The notes beneath the pieces were generated by a model, which saw only the letters and a list, made by a program, of their open reading frames with translations, made no database searches and had not been told where the DNA came from. This document shows positions 38,149-52,689 of a DNA stretch of 64,000 bases, piece after piece. The position numbers were made by a program, and so were the translations under genes. Source of the stretch: Camelus ferus (Eukaryota); assembly GCF_009834535.1 (NCBI RefSeq), contig NC_045697.1:81594001-81658000 (forward strand), written 5' to 3'. Numbering within the stretch: position 1 is the first letter of the stretch; each line of letters opens with the position of its first letter.

Positions 38149-40038
38149 CATGAATGATTGTATGAGATATTACAAATTCCAGAAAAGTTTCTAATTGTTA
38201 AATAAGTAAGATTAGATTAGATAAGTTAAATTAGATAATTTTATGTTTGTTTGGTATATAAATTTCTACTTCAAGGTGAATTTACTTGCATTGAGGACAA
38301 CAAAGTGAAGCAAAGTGTGAAAGTGACTTGAACTATACAATGGCAATATTCAAGCTCCAGTATAATGTTTATCATATACATAGGAAAAAAAAATTTTATA
38401 GGAAAAGTAATGACATTAAAAAACAATTTTTATGGAGTCTTATATTAACTTTATTAACTAAATGTCACCAGTGAATTTAAAATGTTATTTTTTTCTGAAC
38501 TACTGAATACAGAACACAATAACTTACATTGTTCTTTGAATTAATTGCATTTGATCCCATACTTTAAATTTTACAAGCTACTTCATAACACTCTACTCAG
38601 GTTATTTCTGTTTCATTAGTATGTCATTTACTGCACAAAGCTTAATATTATGCTTTCTTTATTTACCTCACATTACTCTAAAATAGAGGAATAAAATTAG
38701 AAAGAAAATAGATCAAAATAGAAAAATAATTCCTGAGGGAAAATAAGCCATGAAAGATTTATCTAATGATAGTGACCTATTTTCCCAGAAACCATTAGCA
38801 TCTAATGCTATTACAATGAGAATTTGAAAACAAAATGAGTGGACCCCAATAAATGCCCCTTGGGTCACGCCAATCTTATCATTATGAAAATTTTATGTTG
38901 AATTTAGCCATTCACTAGGTAATCAATGTGGAAACTGTTAAATTCAAGCAATTGAAATTTTTTTTTCTTATTTACTCTTGTCATTATTTTGATTAGCAAT
39001 AGTAATATTAGTACACCTTTTCAAAGACACTGATTTTATAAATTTGAAAAAAGAAAGCCTTTAGTTTTCTCTTTTAAATTTGGAACACCATCTACTCCCA
39101 GTTCCCTACATATCCCTTTTTAAAAAATTGCCAGTTATTTTCCCCATCCATAATTTATTTATTTTCTTCATATTTAGTTTTTGTTGAGATTACAATTGAC
39201 AATCCCTCCCTCCCTTCCTTCTTTCCTTCCTTTTTCCCTTCCTTCTCTTTCACATTTTCTTTCTTTAAAGTTTTGAATTTTTCATATATGCATAGTTTTC
39301 CTTTCATTTTCTTAGAAAGCACTGTCCAAGAGATTCAGTTAAATAATCTCAGTATAGAACTCAACTATCTATGTGTCTAAATGTATCTATGTGTCTATCT
39401 ATATATTATTCTATTGTCTATCTGCGCTTGACATTATATTTTCAAATTGATCAAACAATTTCAGTACATGGTTCTTTAGTCATTATTTTGTCAATAATGT
39501 GTTTTTAAGATTTATGTAATTGAATACCTAAGTCATAAAGGTACCTATATCATAGTACCTTAGGAGATAATGCATCAAAGATATTTAACACAATACTTAA
39601 CTCATAGTAAATAACAAGTTAATTAATATCATTATATAATATTTCATATGTGTAGGGAATTTTGAATACTTCTACATATATTAGCTTAGATAATTTTTAT
39701 AATTAACCTGAATTTGTTTTTATCAACTTCAAATTTAGTATCAAAATGGTGTTTAACTTCATTTGAACATATATTTTCTACTTCAATATTATGTAGTCAT
39801 TATTTTTGTTTCTTTTAAAATTTATTTTAGCTGTTATTGTTGAACTTTAGTCAATATCAAAATAGGCCTTTCCAGCAAAAAATCTGGAATATATAAGCTA
39901 TATGTAATTTATTAGGAAAATTTGGAGTACCAAGGTTAAACAAGGACATTTTTAATAATGGACTAAGCATTTAATTGAATATATTCAAGGGGAAAACTTT
40001 TTTTCAAGATACTGTCAAACACCTCTAAATAAAACATA

Positions 40039-40810
40039 CCACTGTGGAAAACAGTATGAAAGAATCTCTAAAAATTAAATATAGAACTACTATATGATCC
40101 AGCAATTTCACTTCTGAGAATACATATAAAGAAACAAAAACACTAACTTGAAAGATGTCTGCATCCCCATGTTCACAACAGTATTATTTATAATGGCCAA
40201 GACATTGCAAACAAACCTCACCGTCCATTAATAGATGAATGGATAAAGAAATTGTGAGATACACACACACACAACAGAATATCATACAGCCATCAAAAAT
40301 AAGGAGAAGCCACCATTTATGACAACATGGATGGGCCTTGAAGGCATTATGCTAAGTGAAATAAGTTAGAGAAAGACAAATACTGTATGATCTCACTTAT
40401 ATGTGGAATCTAAACAAACAAGAGAAAAATGCTAATCTTATAAAAAGAGATCAGACTTGTGGTTAGAAGTGGATGGTGGGGGGAGTGGGGATTGGAGGAA
40501 GGTGCATAAAAGGTACAAAAAAATTCTGTTTTAAGATAAATAAGTATTAGAGATGTAGTGCATAACATGATGACTACAGCTAACATTGATCTATGATAAA
40601 CAGGCAAGTTGTTAAGAGAGTAAATCCTAAGAGTTCTTATTACAAGATTTTTTTTCTTTTCTTTTTCCTTTTTTTATTGTATCTGTATGAGAAGATAAAT
40701 GTAGATGAACTTATTTTAATCGTTTCACTATATATATAAATCAAACCATCATGCTGTAACGTTAAACTTATACAGTACTGCATGTCAATTATTTATCAAT
40801 AAAACTGGGT
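40039..40810 (+). mobile_element. 5'-truncated LINE-1 (ORF2 end and 3'UTR)
   Basis: ccactgtggaaaacagtatg, tatgatccagcaatttcacttct, ggcattatgctaagtgaaataag; ends tcaataaaactgg. Confidence 0.93.
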
Positions 40811-41419
40811 ATCTAAAAATCTGCTATTTATAATTCCATATAAAAGCCCTGTGAAATTAATTTGTTCACTCTTTGCTCTTCTTAACATTGGTTCACTTAT
40901 ACTGCACTCAGTATATTTATCTTTCTTAAAAATGACAACCACATGTTGTTAAAGTCAAAAATGTGATGACCTGATAACCAACCAGTTTCCAGGTTGCCAG
41001 ATGTGATTTGAATGTTGCTGATATGTTAATGTCACTGATGCAGATTGAACAGAACTGAACTGTGGACTTTGTTCTACTTTACTTTAAAGCTAGTACAAAT
41101 GAGCAAACAAAGCAAGAGCTAATCCAAATTTTTGTAAGTTATTTTGGAATTTAGCTTCTCATAAACTCAATGAGCCCTGGAAATGCATTTGGATATGCTA
41201 CACACAATAGCACAGATTTTTCTTTCAATAACAAGCCATTTAAATCCTGAAGCTCTTTTTCCTGTTATTAAGACTTCACTCTGATTTAACTTCACTTAAT
41301 AACTTCATTATTTAAATAAAATACTGATAAGTTGTTTTAAATAATTATTTTAACAATGTGCTGTAAACATAAATAGATGAATTAATATAAGAAAGGCATT
41401 TCACTGAAAGAAAGTTTCT

Positions 41420-41545
41420 GGACTAATTTCTTGTGTGACCTTGAGAAGTCTTTTAATTTCTCCAAGGTTTTGCTTCTTCACGTATGAAATAAAGGGTTTG
41501 GAGTCAATAGCTCTTTCAATCTTACCAGTTCTGAAATTCCGTGAT
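41420..41545 (+). mobile_element. MIR3/MIRc-like fragment
   Basis: tgtgtgaccttgagaagtc core and ccagttctgaaattccgtga tail. Confidence 0.6.
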
Positions 41546-42040
41546 CATATGCTTCTGCCAGCCAGAGGAATATGAATGTAATTGAACACCTTATTGTATT
41601 AATTTACTTGGTTCTGGTGGCTGGAGGAGATTCTCAGGATAAATCAAGCAGAATGAACAAATCTTTGTGTATTGTATGATCTTCATTTGTCTCAGGGTTA
41701 TCCTAATAAATTCTACATTTCAGAGTCTCAAAGAGAAAGTTAATGGCATCCTGAAGATTATCCTCATCCAAATTTTTATGTGAGGGTCCTGACCCACTTA
41801 CAGAAATTCATCAGGGATATAGAGGAGGAGGTACATGTTGATATTTTGTTTAATGAAGTCCTCCAAGATGATCAGATTCAAGAGTGTGGGTGGGTTCCAT
41901 GATTAGCAGGAACCTCTTAAACTGCAGAATCTGTGGCAAGTTAGTAGAGTGTGTGTGTATGTGTGTTGAAATGTTTACTAATGAGAATCCAGAGAAAACA
42001 AAAAACTCCTCGTGTCCAATGCTGGTACAGAGGACTAGAG

Positions 42041-42070
42041 GTGTTTGCCTTTTAAGTGTTTGCCTTTTAA
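42041..42070. repeat. Perfect 15-bp tandem duplication
   Basis: gtgtttgccttttaa twice. Confidence 0.95.
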
Positions 42071-42221
42071 TGCAGATTATGGGCAGTCGAAATAACAGGA
42101 ATAGCTAGCAAAACAGTTTGCTAGAGAAGAAGTGAGAGTCCATTTCTTACATTTTATATACTGTGTGAGGACTTTGGCATTATCATGCTGCAATAGAAAA
42201 AAAGGAACATTTTTCATAAGG

Positions 42222-42521
42222 AGTTATGGTCTGAACTGTAGTCCTTTCATATTCATATTTTGAAGCCTTAACTCCCAAGAAACTAAATTTAGAGACAAGG
42301 ACTTTAAGGAGGTAAAGTTAAATGAGGTCATAAGGGTGAGGCCTCAATCCCACAGGACTGGTGTCCTCTTAGAAAGAGGAAGAGACACCAGAGAGCTCTC
42401 TCCCTTCATGTGTGCACAGAGGAAAGCCTATGTCAGGGCACAGTGACAAGGTGGCCATCTGTAAGCAAGGAAGAGAGGCCTTGCCAGAAACTAACCCTAC
42501 TGGCACCCTGATCTTGGATTT
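42222..42521 (+). mobile_element. 3'-truncated MaLR LTR (MLT1A-like)
   Basis: Similar to 21407-21814 (aggtcataagggtg, ggtggccatctgtaagcaagg, ggcaccctgatcttgga). Confidence 0.88.
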
Positions 42522-43683
42522 GTAAAGTAGACTGTAAAACACTATTTCAAAGCATTTGTTCCTAAAATTTTAATGTACGGTACTTCTATAAAAATGAAAA
42601 ACATAAAATTATACACAACTTCCGTAGTATATATATTAAGGAAACTATCACAGCAGTATCATTCATTTAGATAGTCATTGGAAATTTAAGTGACCTTTGG
42701 GGAAAAGTGAAATATACTCAATTTACAGCATAAATCATGAAATTCCAGAAGGTTTAAAAAAAATAAATGCTTAAATAATTAGTAAGCTTACTTTTCAGGC
42801 AAGTGAGTAGAGAACAGACAAAAGCCAAAACAAAGATATTTACTCTGACTTCAAAATCTATTCTGGCATACTATATTTTCTCCAAGAATTTGATTCTGCT
42901 TCTTTAAAAAAGAAGTACTGAAGGCTTTTCTCTCCCTAAGTAAAATACTGAGCTTTCTGCACAGAAATATTTTAAAAAAAGACCTGAAGCATTTTAAGAA
43001 ACCTTTTATTATCTCTCTTTATTCAGCCTTCTTCCCCTCCTGTAGACTTGCCTGCTGTTTAGAGACAACAAACCCTCTGGTTTCTGCAGTGCATCTGCCG
43101 CAGTGCCCTCCACACGGCAGCCTAGGCTGTGACTCCCTCCCTTGGTTTCTATTTATCCTTTTACATATTGTCTTCTGCAGATTTACTGAATTCTGCTCAT
43201 TGATGAACACATTCTTTTTCAACTTACTGTAGTCAGTTCCTTAAAAAAAAACAAAACACTACTATTCTAACTTTACTAATGTTTCAAGTGAGAAAAGACA
43301 AAATGTTTTTCTCAGTCCTCCATCCTAAATTTCTCATGAACTGCTAGTAAAAGGTAACTAAAATTTTTATTCCATTCAAGCAATTTGTATCTGTACCAAC
43401 AGTCACTCTACCCAAGCAAGATTTAATTCCCCTGTGGAGAGGTTTCACTGCTTGCACTATGAATGAAGATGGCAGGAGGGGAAGTGGTGTACTTGCAATG
43501 CTGTTGATTTGTTTTAGGCCACAAATTCCACAAAAATTTGCCTTTGTCTTTTTTCATAATTGTATACAGCTTTACTAAATCAGGAACACATAATAATTTA
43601 TTTTAAAAAATACATGCACCTCTAAAGCAGTGGTTGAAGATTTCTTGACATTCCAAATAATTCAATTAAAAATTAAAATTCAT

Positions 43684-44502
43684 ATCAGAGAAATGCAAAT
43701 CAAAACTACAATGAGGTATCACCTCAGTCAGAATGGCCATCATTCAAAAATCCACAAATGACAAATGCTGGAGAGGCTGTGGAGAAAAGGGAACCCTCCT
43801 ACACTGCTGGTGGGAATGCAGTTTGGTGCAGCCACTATGGAAAACAGTGTGGAGATTCCTCAAAAGACTAGGAATAGACTTACCATATGACCCAGGAATC
43901 CCACTCCTGGGCTTATATCCAGAAGGAACCCTACTTCAGGATGACACCTGCATCCCAACTTTCATAGCAGCATTATTTACAATAGCCAAGACATGGAAAC
44001 AGCCTAAATGTCCATCAACAGATCACTGGTTAAAGAAGATGTGGTATATTTATACAATGGAATACTACTCAGCCATAAAAACTGACAACATAATGCCTTT
44101 TGCAGCAACATGGATGCTCCTGGAGAATGTCATTCTAAGTGAAGTAAGTCAGAAAGAGAAAGAAAAATACCATATGAGATCGCTCATATGTGTAATCTAA
44201 AAAACAAAAACAAAAACAAAAACAAAAAAAACAAAGCATAAATACAAAACAGAAATAGACTCATAGACATAGAATACAAACTTGTGGTTGCCAAGGGGGT
44301 GGAGGGTGGGAAGGGATAGACAGGATTTCAAAATTGTAGAATAGATAAACAAGATTATACTGTATAGCAGAGGGAAATATACACAAGATCTTATGGTAGC
44401 TCACAGAGAAAAAAAGGTGACAGTGAATATATATATGCTCATGTATAACTGAAAATTTGACACAACATTGTAAAATGATTATAAATCAATAAAAAATGTT
44501 TA
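43684..44502 (+). mobile_element. Young 5'-truncated LINE-1
   Basis: Perfect 16-bp TSD aaaaattaaaattcat (43668-43683, 44503-44518) at a TT/AAAA site. Highly similar to the copy at 3291-3889. Confidence 0.97.
43733..44200 (+). pseudogene. L1 ORF2p C-terminal fragment (cysteine-rich/DUF1725 region), frame open to the stop
   Basis: [30 protein letters not shown] and WYIYTMEYYSAIK motifs. No promoter and no EN/RT domains. Confidence 0.95.
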
Positions 44503-45689
44503 AAAAATTAAAATTCATTCATATACTAAAATATTATCTTTACTTAGTATTCATAATAAGAATATCAAATTTCAGAGAAAATTACGATCTTACAAAACAA
44601 ATGGGAATTTTTTATACAAAAATATATACAAATTATAGTAAAATGTTTTTAAACAAAAACAATATTTTGGTGGAGTAAAATTGAGTGCATATATTAATGA
44701 CTGTGCATATATAATTGAATGTATACACATCATATATTTATAATTTTAAAATATTTTATGTATTATCCAGTATGAGGTATTCTAATCTTGCTGATATTAA
44801 AAAGAATGCCTCATATGAATAAAACCTGTGTATGGACGTAAAGTATGACACTTTTAACATTCAATACCATAAAATCAAATTCAATACAAGAACACATTAT
44901 GTAGTAAACAGATTAGTTTTTTTAAAGCAAAATTTTTGAAAACGTGCTGTGTACTGCATGATCATTTTAGAATAAATTATGAGTGTTTTGAAATATCATT
45001 TATGTGTTATTGAAAAAAGTGAGGAAAAAATGTTTTCAACACCTCCTTTCCACTGATGCCTCTCTGATGACTTTATTAAAAATGTGTTAATTGAACAGAA
45101 TGTGTATTCATTGAGAAAGCTGACTGTCCTAGTGTATATGGTTCATACTACCTATAATGAATTTAAACAAACAATTAAAAAAATCCATTGCTTAAATGAG
45201 ATATAGGAAATTAGCTAACGTTTTTCTGGATGCTACCATGAAATCATGGATCACTACAATTTTGATGAAGGTAATTAAGTTTTAACTTTTTATTAATTTA
45301 CTGGAAAGGTATATATTTTCAGTACCACCCAAACATAGTAAATAAATAACTTATTATTAGTCTTTACATAACAGTAAGTAGGACATTATAAAGACTATAA
45401 CACTAATGAGAATCATAGTACCATATACAGTATTCCATATAGCTGGTAAGTATTGGACTCCATCTAAAAAGACTACATTAAAAAGAACTGTAGCTCATCT
45501 TGTTCATAGGCCAGTTTCACCTATGAAGAAATCATGTAACATTCAACCCATGACAGCACTTTAGCAAAGGAAAATAGAAATTGATTTTTAAAGTAGAGAA
45601 ATTGTACTTTTATCTTTTTTGATGGCATAATACTGGGGAATTTACTATATAAATTATCCCAAAATAATTTTCAAACAAAAAAACAGGGC

Positions 45690-46730
45690 TTTTCATTTTA
45701 ACTTGAAAATCGTCCACTTCTACAAACAGCATCTCTGGATTTGTTCTGTCTTCTACACTCACTCTCTTCACAAGAGTTTTCCATGAGGCTTTAAAGCACA
45801 CCTGAAACTTGCAACTCCCAAATGTTATCTTCAGCCTAGACTTTTCCCATGAACTTTGGGACATCTAACTCTGTATTTAATATCTCCACTCAGATGCCCA
45901 ACAAGCAAGCTTAAAATGTTGAATTTGCTTTATCCAGAGCCTTTCTCATCTCTATTGCCAATTTCTTCCTTTTGGTTGCTCAAGTCAAAAATATTGAAAA
46001 CTTCCTTGACATTTATCTTCCTCTTAGACCATTTGAATCATCAGGAAATCTTGCTTCTACAACTTTGCCACCATCTCCACTGCTCCATCACCCTGGTCCA
46101 AACTACTGTCATCTATCGACTCTATTGTCTGCTTCTACTCCTGTCCTTGCAGATTACTGAATACAGCTAAATAGAGTTCTCCTATGATGCTGTGAATTAT
46201 ATCAAACCATCCTCTCAAAATCACTCAAATTGCACATTTCATCAAATCACTTGCCTTTAGTATCAAATGGCTTACCTTTGTGACCTCATTTCCTTCTACT
46301 CTGCTCTTTTATTACTTTGCTCCAGAGACCTCCTTGCTTTTCTCCGTCACCTGAAAAAAAAAAATTCTCAATCTTAGCACTTTTGCATTTGTTTTTTCCT
46401 CTTATGGAATATTTTTCTCCCAGATTTCCAAATGTCTAGCTGCTTAAAAGCCATATTTTCTTTTCTTCTGTTTCTTTTTTTTTTTTCTGAAATATAACCT
46501 CCTTCTTAACCTCCTTCTTGATGATTTTACTTACCATCTAAATTAACCTGCAAATTGACATCCTCCTCCCTGAACTTTTTAACTCCTGTTCCACTTTGTT
46601 TATCATCTATTTGACCTTACTAGATCATGAGGTTCATGAGAACAGTATTTTCCTCCTATCCTTAATACATCAAAGAAAGTTTGATAAATAGAAGATGCTA
46701 AATATTGAATATATCATTGAATGAATAAAC
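45690..46730 (+). mobile_element. LINE-2 fragment
   Basis: tttccatgaggctttaaagcacacctg...actcccaaatgttatcttcagcctagac. Terminus ctagatcatgaggttcatgagaacag...tgaatgaata. Confidence 0.75.
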
Positions 46731-47849
46731 AAAAGAATCTATGTTAGAATGTTAAAAATTGACACTTAAAATAGTTGAATAAAATACAGAATTGGAACAT
46801 TCAAGAAATCATCGATATTATTATGAATACAGAAATAAGAAATAATGTCATTACTTTCAAAAAACAAATACTTGGGCCATATGATATGCTAAGAATACAC
46901 CTAAGAAAATATCTAGTGTAAAATTGTTTATAATGTCAGACAGTTTAATAGAAAGATGAATTATCCTGATGGCATTACCTTAAAATATCTACACTTAGTA
47001 TGCTTTTATATTATTCTAGGAGATTCCTGGATCTTAAAGTTAGTAATTTTAGTTGATTCATTTTTTCCTGACTATGTCATTACCAATACGACTCTGACTC
47101 ATATCTTCATCTAGGAACAACCTGATTCACTAACTCTCTTAAATTGAATTTGAATATAAAATATTTTGGGTAATTCTTGGTTTTCTGAATGTGATTAAAC
47201 TAAAAAAAACCCATGCAGACTAAACGGACTACTTAACTGAAAGAAACACATCTACAGGTCTGCAGGTGGTAAACACATACTTTCTGTCTTGTAAGTCAGT
47301 GATGTGATTCGTATGTGAGACTATATGAATCTTAGTTACCAAGAGAAAAGAAAAGGCCTGAGGATTCCAGTCCTTCCTAATGTTGCAAAAAGGAAGAAGG
47401 TCTTAAAAATCACTCTTTTTCCAATATGAAGGGTTAATTGGTAAAGAATTCCCCAGAGATCCTCAACCTCATTAGCAGTGGTCAAGGTACAACAGCATTT
47501 TAACAGTAAGCTTATTCTTTTTCCAACAAGGGTCAAGAGTTGACTTTTGACCTAGGTCTAAAGTCCATACTTTATTTAAGACTTTCATCATCTTCTTCAG
47601 GAATAAAGAGAGAACTTGAGCCCTTATTGTAATACTGTGGAATTATATCACAGCCTCACCAAAATCCTTGGCTCCACTGATAACTCAACTTTTATACTAT
47701 CTATCTTGAATCTACTATAGTTATTTTCATTCTATCTTTTCCATGTTTAGGTTATTCACTACAAGAAAGCCCCAAACTTCCAGGTCGTCCTTTATTATTA
47801 CACTCTATAAACTCCACAAAGCTCTGTGCACCCACTTAAATAGCACCTA

Positions 47850-47980
47850 CCACCTTTTCAATTCTACTATTGATGGATATCGGGCTATTTCCAGGTTTTG
47901 ATTGTTACTACTAACAATGCTAGAAACATTACTGCACATGTATCCTTGTGTGGCTGTGCATGCATTTCTACGGAGTATGT
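47850..47980 (-). mobile_element. Old L1ME fragment
   Basis: attctactattgatggatatcgggctatttccaggtttt...aacaatgctagaaacatt. Confidence 0.7.
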
Positions 47981-48067
47981 ACAGGGTTGCCAGATAAAAT
48001 GCAAGTACATACAGTTAAATATGAATTTTAGATAAACAATAATTTTTATTATAAATATGTCCAAATG
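47981..48067 (+). mobile_element. MER53-like hAT element, left half
   Basis: cagggttgccagataaaatgcaag...cagttaaatatgaattttagataaacaa. Confidence 0.8.
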
Positions 48068-48089
48068 TCCTCCCTATTCTTACTCTATT

Positions 48090-49840
48090 CTCTTGAACTC
48101 ACAGCCCATCATCAGCAAAATCACTTATATCATCAACCTTTTGTTCTGAGTTGCCCCTTTGCATTCTCATTTTAACAGAAATCTGTAGCTCATCTGAAGA
48201 TACTACATTTACAGCCACCCTTTCAAGTGCTGACTATTTCTTTCTCCCAAAGTCCTTACACCCCTGTGCCTGACGTTTGTAGGCATTTTCCTGGTTCTTC
48301 ATTGTTAATTTCAAACCATTCTCCCTCCATTCTCCCTTAAATCCTTCAGTTTTGAAAAATAGGTCATCAGATTACATCATCCAGTACTGCTCATTAATAG
48401 TGGAATCAAGCAACCCTTTAGCATATTTCCCTAATTTCTTTCAGAGTTTAACTCCTGGCTCTTAATGATTTTCTCCAACACTAATCATATTTTAATGTTT
48501 GGAAATTTCAAAAATTATGTGGCTGATACCTTCAACATCTTGGCTCCTCAGGTTTTGGACACTTTTCCTCCAGTAACCTTAGCAACCCATTCCTATGACC
48601 ACACCCTAGATCTGGTTATTACTAATAATTGGAGCTCTCTTGATTTTCATCACGTCTGTTGAATCATTACATCTCAGGTTCTTTTTCTGGTTCCTTCTTT
48701 TCTCCCAGACATGAGTTTTGGGATACTCAGTTCTCGGTGACTTTCTTTAGCGTGGTGCCCTCTCTTTGGGATGCTGCTAGTCTCATAGATTTAAGTACAT
48801 TCATATTTTCATTAAAATCCACATTTATGTTATTTATATCTCTTGCTCAGACATCAATTCTGTACTCTTAAATCATGTATTATTCTGAATAGCTCCAGAT
48901 ATCTCAAGCTTTATGTGTTTAAAACTGAGCTCTTGATATTCACACAAACCTGCTCTACTTGCAGCCTTTCTCATAATTTAAAACAACTACTTTCATGCAA
49001 CTACTAAGGCAAAAACTCAAGAGCTACCTTTGATTTTTCTTTCTTTCTCATCCCACGATCTATTTTTGCAAGAAGTTCTATCTCTGCCATCAAACTGGAT
49101 TCAGAATCTGGTAATTTCTCATCATCTCAGCTGCTGTAGCTCTGGTTCAATTTGCCATCTGCTCTTACTCAGATTATAGCAATAGCCTACCTATAGGTTT
49201 TCTTACTTCTTCTTGCCTAGTTGAAAGTCTGTCTCCTACATTCCAGCTAGAGAAATACTATTAAGACATATTTCAGACTATGCTAATTTTCTCCTTAAAA
49301 TTCTTAAATGGCCCCCATTTCACTCAGCCTAAAATCAGTCTTTAAAATGACCTATAATTCCTTGGGCTTTCTGGCCCCAGTTTATCTCTGTGACTTCTAC
49401 TCCATTCTCCTTTCCCTCACTTGTCTCTGGCCACATTGTCTTCTTCACTAGTCCATGAATGCAATCAGGCAGATGCCTGCCTTAGGCCTTGGCAAAGGAT
49501 CTTCCTTTGGCCTGGCATATTCTTTTCAAACTTACAGGCAGATCAATTTTCTCATATATTTTAAGTCTTTTCTCAATTATCTTATTCTCAGTGGCTGATC
49601 ACCCTGCAAAAACTGTACAAATCTCCTTTCTTACTATTGCAAGTTTTCCACACCTTGCTCTATTTACTATATTAATACTGATTATATTAAAATTATAAAT
49701 ATGATATATATCATAATTCAATCTATTATATTTGTTATTTAACTGTTTCATCCTTTTAGAACAGAAGGTTGAGGAGAGATAAGGGTGGGATCCTGGCACA
49801 TAGTGGGTCCTCCATACATATTTTCTGTATTAATGAAATA
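48090..49840 (+). mobile_element. LINE-2 retaining the endonuclease region, internally deleted, with 3' end
   Basis: ORF 48465-48662 shows decayed APE motifs (GNFK, like GDFN; ATHSYDHTLDLVIT). The sequence jumps to the RT/3' region near 48660. Terminus cctggcacatagtgggtcctc. Confidence 0.8.
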
Positions 49841-51959
49841 AATATTCCATTAAATACCCAAGTATTTTTTTAAAAGTGCACCAGTTATACAATTGTTTGC
49901 TTTCTTCAGGCAATCCTAGTCTTATCAATGGTTACTAAACATCATTTTCTCATGGTAACTAAATATTGCTATTCATTCAGTTTCACTGACATGTAGAGAC
50001 AGCTTGTTTGAGAGTAGTACTCATAATCTCAAATTCTGAAACTTACTGATTGCACAAAATTATATCTAGAGCTGGGGCATTTCTCTTGTACTTTCCCATT
50101 TCTCTTCACTGAGCTAATTATACTTCAGCTTTCGTGTTACTTCATAAGAAAAGTTGTCCCTGAATCCTCTAACCACATTACCAGATTATAAGATTACTGT
50201 TATATATTCTTTATTATACCTTACTTCACTCTATTAATACTTTTTATAATTATAATTAAATAATTACTTCATTCTCTATTTGTCTCTTCCAAATAGATAT
50301 AAGTTCCATGAAAACCAGGATTGGCCATGATACATTTCTTAAATGTCCATTTATAACTTGTCAAGTTATCCCCAATAACTATTGAATTGTTTAGAAATAT
50401 AACCACTAATTATTTGTTGAACGAATTAATTTTATAGAAGAAGATCAATGACTTTTTAATAAACACTACTTTATTTTCTGACATATAATCAATTATTATT
50501 ATTATTTGCTGATGACTATTACAAAGCACTCTCAATAATGTTGATTACTAAGGATAATATCCCACATCATCTAATCACTTAAATTTGAACTTAACAAGAC
50601 TTGCAATATATTACGTATTTGTGTATTTATATAAACATGAAACATTACATTTCTTAAGTGTTCAATAAATGAAACATTCCAACCTGTTAAATGACTGGTT
50701 TAATCCAATGTAAATATTAAAATTGTTTATTTCAGTTTTACTATGAAATATCTATAGTGAGATCTATCCAGACACTGAAAATGAGTGGCATAGAGAAGCC
50801 ATATATCTTTCAGAATTTACTCCAATCATGTTTACTCATTTAATTTCAAAACATGTTTTGCCTTACATTATCATTTATTCTGTTGTTTTTATAAAGTTAA
50901 TAATTTTTGATATATATTATTTTTAGTAGAAACTGTGTATTACTAATTCATAATACTGTTATGTAAAATAAATATTTTATTTTCTTAGATTACACATGAA
51001 AAAAAGTTCCTCAGGGATTTCCAAAGTAAATGCAACACAATCGCTGAACTTTTTTTTCAAAATAGAGTTACACTTGTCAATTAGTTTAGCTTCTGAAAAG
51101 GCACTAAAATATATGGTATTATCACCCCAAGAAAGAATAAAAATATACATAAAAACCATACTGTTACTGCAATTGATTTATTCAATCATCCACTCTAGAG
51201 TATGGCACTTATCTCTATAGGATTACTTATTTTCATCAGTCAAGAATACTAACCAGGAATGACTTTTCATCAATCTCACCCAGAGCAGTCACGCCTTTCT
51301 AGTTTGAAGCCTGCTATAAAATACGTCTTTGGTTAGCAAATCTCTGAGCTAAGCAGAGCTGAAAATGCTAGCTCAAATCAGTTTGGAAGAGGGCAAATAG
51401 CTCTATTTGGTCTTGACTGAGATTTAAAAGATTTACTTAGGTTAGAAAATTGGGTAAAAGCTTACTGCGTCTAAATTCTACATTCAAAAATCTTCTTAAG
51501 TTTTATGGTGAAAAAAATATATTCCATACATTTCACCCAAAGTTTCATCAGTGATAAGTATAAAATAAGAATGTATAAGTTAATTATAGAATAATATTAT
51601 TCCAGAATAAGTACAAAAAACAAAACTTTAAAAATTAAAACTTAAAATACATATTATCTATGAATAGATTAAAAAATCTAAAATTTAATTTAAAAATTAT
51701 CCTATTCATGGAATATTATTTTAATGAATTTTTACATTATTTTTATATCACTATGATTTATATTTAATACTTTAATAACTTTTTATAAAAGTATAACAAA
51801 TATAGGATACTATAAGATAAATAAAATGTTTTATAGTTTGCATTAAGGAAACAAATTAACAACTTTTGATGTCAGAAAATCCTGTTAAAAAATTCACTGG
51901 TGGCCCTTTTGCATTGATCAAATAAAATGAAATAAAATAGATATAAAAATATGAAGTAG

Positions 51960-52096
51960 CAACTACATTCAATATCTTACAGTAACTATAATGAAAAAAA
52001 GAATAGGACAAGGAATATATATGTATATGTATGACTTAAACATTTTGCTGTACACCAGAAATTGACACACCATTGTAAACTGACTATATTTCACTA
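51960..52096 (+). mobile_element. Very short LINE-1 3'-end insertion
   Basis: Similar to the 3'UTR ends at 18240-18295 and 3780-3860. Degenerate TSD aaaa(a/g)tatgaa(g/a)tag at 51945-51959 and 52097-52111. Confidence 0.85.
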
Positions 52097-52689
52097 AAAA
52101 GTATGAAATAGGGTGTCTGTCATTTAGAATCCAGATTTACTTAAAATAGATTGATTTCACTATATAAATTACAGTTTTCATTTATTTACTATCAGTTTCA
52201 TTTGACATTTAGGCTGCCATATTAATTTACATTGCAAAGAAAATATTACAATTTATATAAATCTATTTTTGAATTTATTCTCCACAAAGGATCAATAAGT
52301 TTTAACAATCTTAAAATACACAAAAATAAACAATGAAATGATCTACTGATATGTTAATAAGGTCTAGAGACTGAGTGTTTCTAGGGTATACAGGAAAACA
52401 TTACACAATAATTTTCCTTGTTCTTGTATGCATTGAAAGGTCTAAGGAAATTATGTGGTTCAAGTCCTGAACAGAAGATAAATATAAACACTAGAAAAAC
52501 TAAATGAATGGTCTTGGGTCATATGAATCAGAAGGCAGCAAAAATGGACCATGGACCATGTTACCTAACATCCAAAATTCTACATGTACAACTCGATTAA
52601 TTTTACATCATAAAATAATATATATTAATTACAAAGAATAGGAATTATTAAAATTATTATGAGGAAATCTTCCCTTAATCTTCTTAACC

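Noticed and set aside
43095..43120. Second CTCF-like motif
   Set aside because: Only the GGCAC end matches; there are several mismatches in the core.
43733..44200. 155-aa ORF as a host gene
   Set aside because: It is the L1 ORF2p C-terminus inside a TSD-bounded truncated L1.
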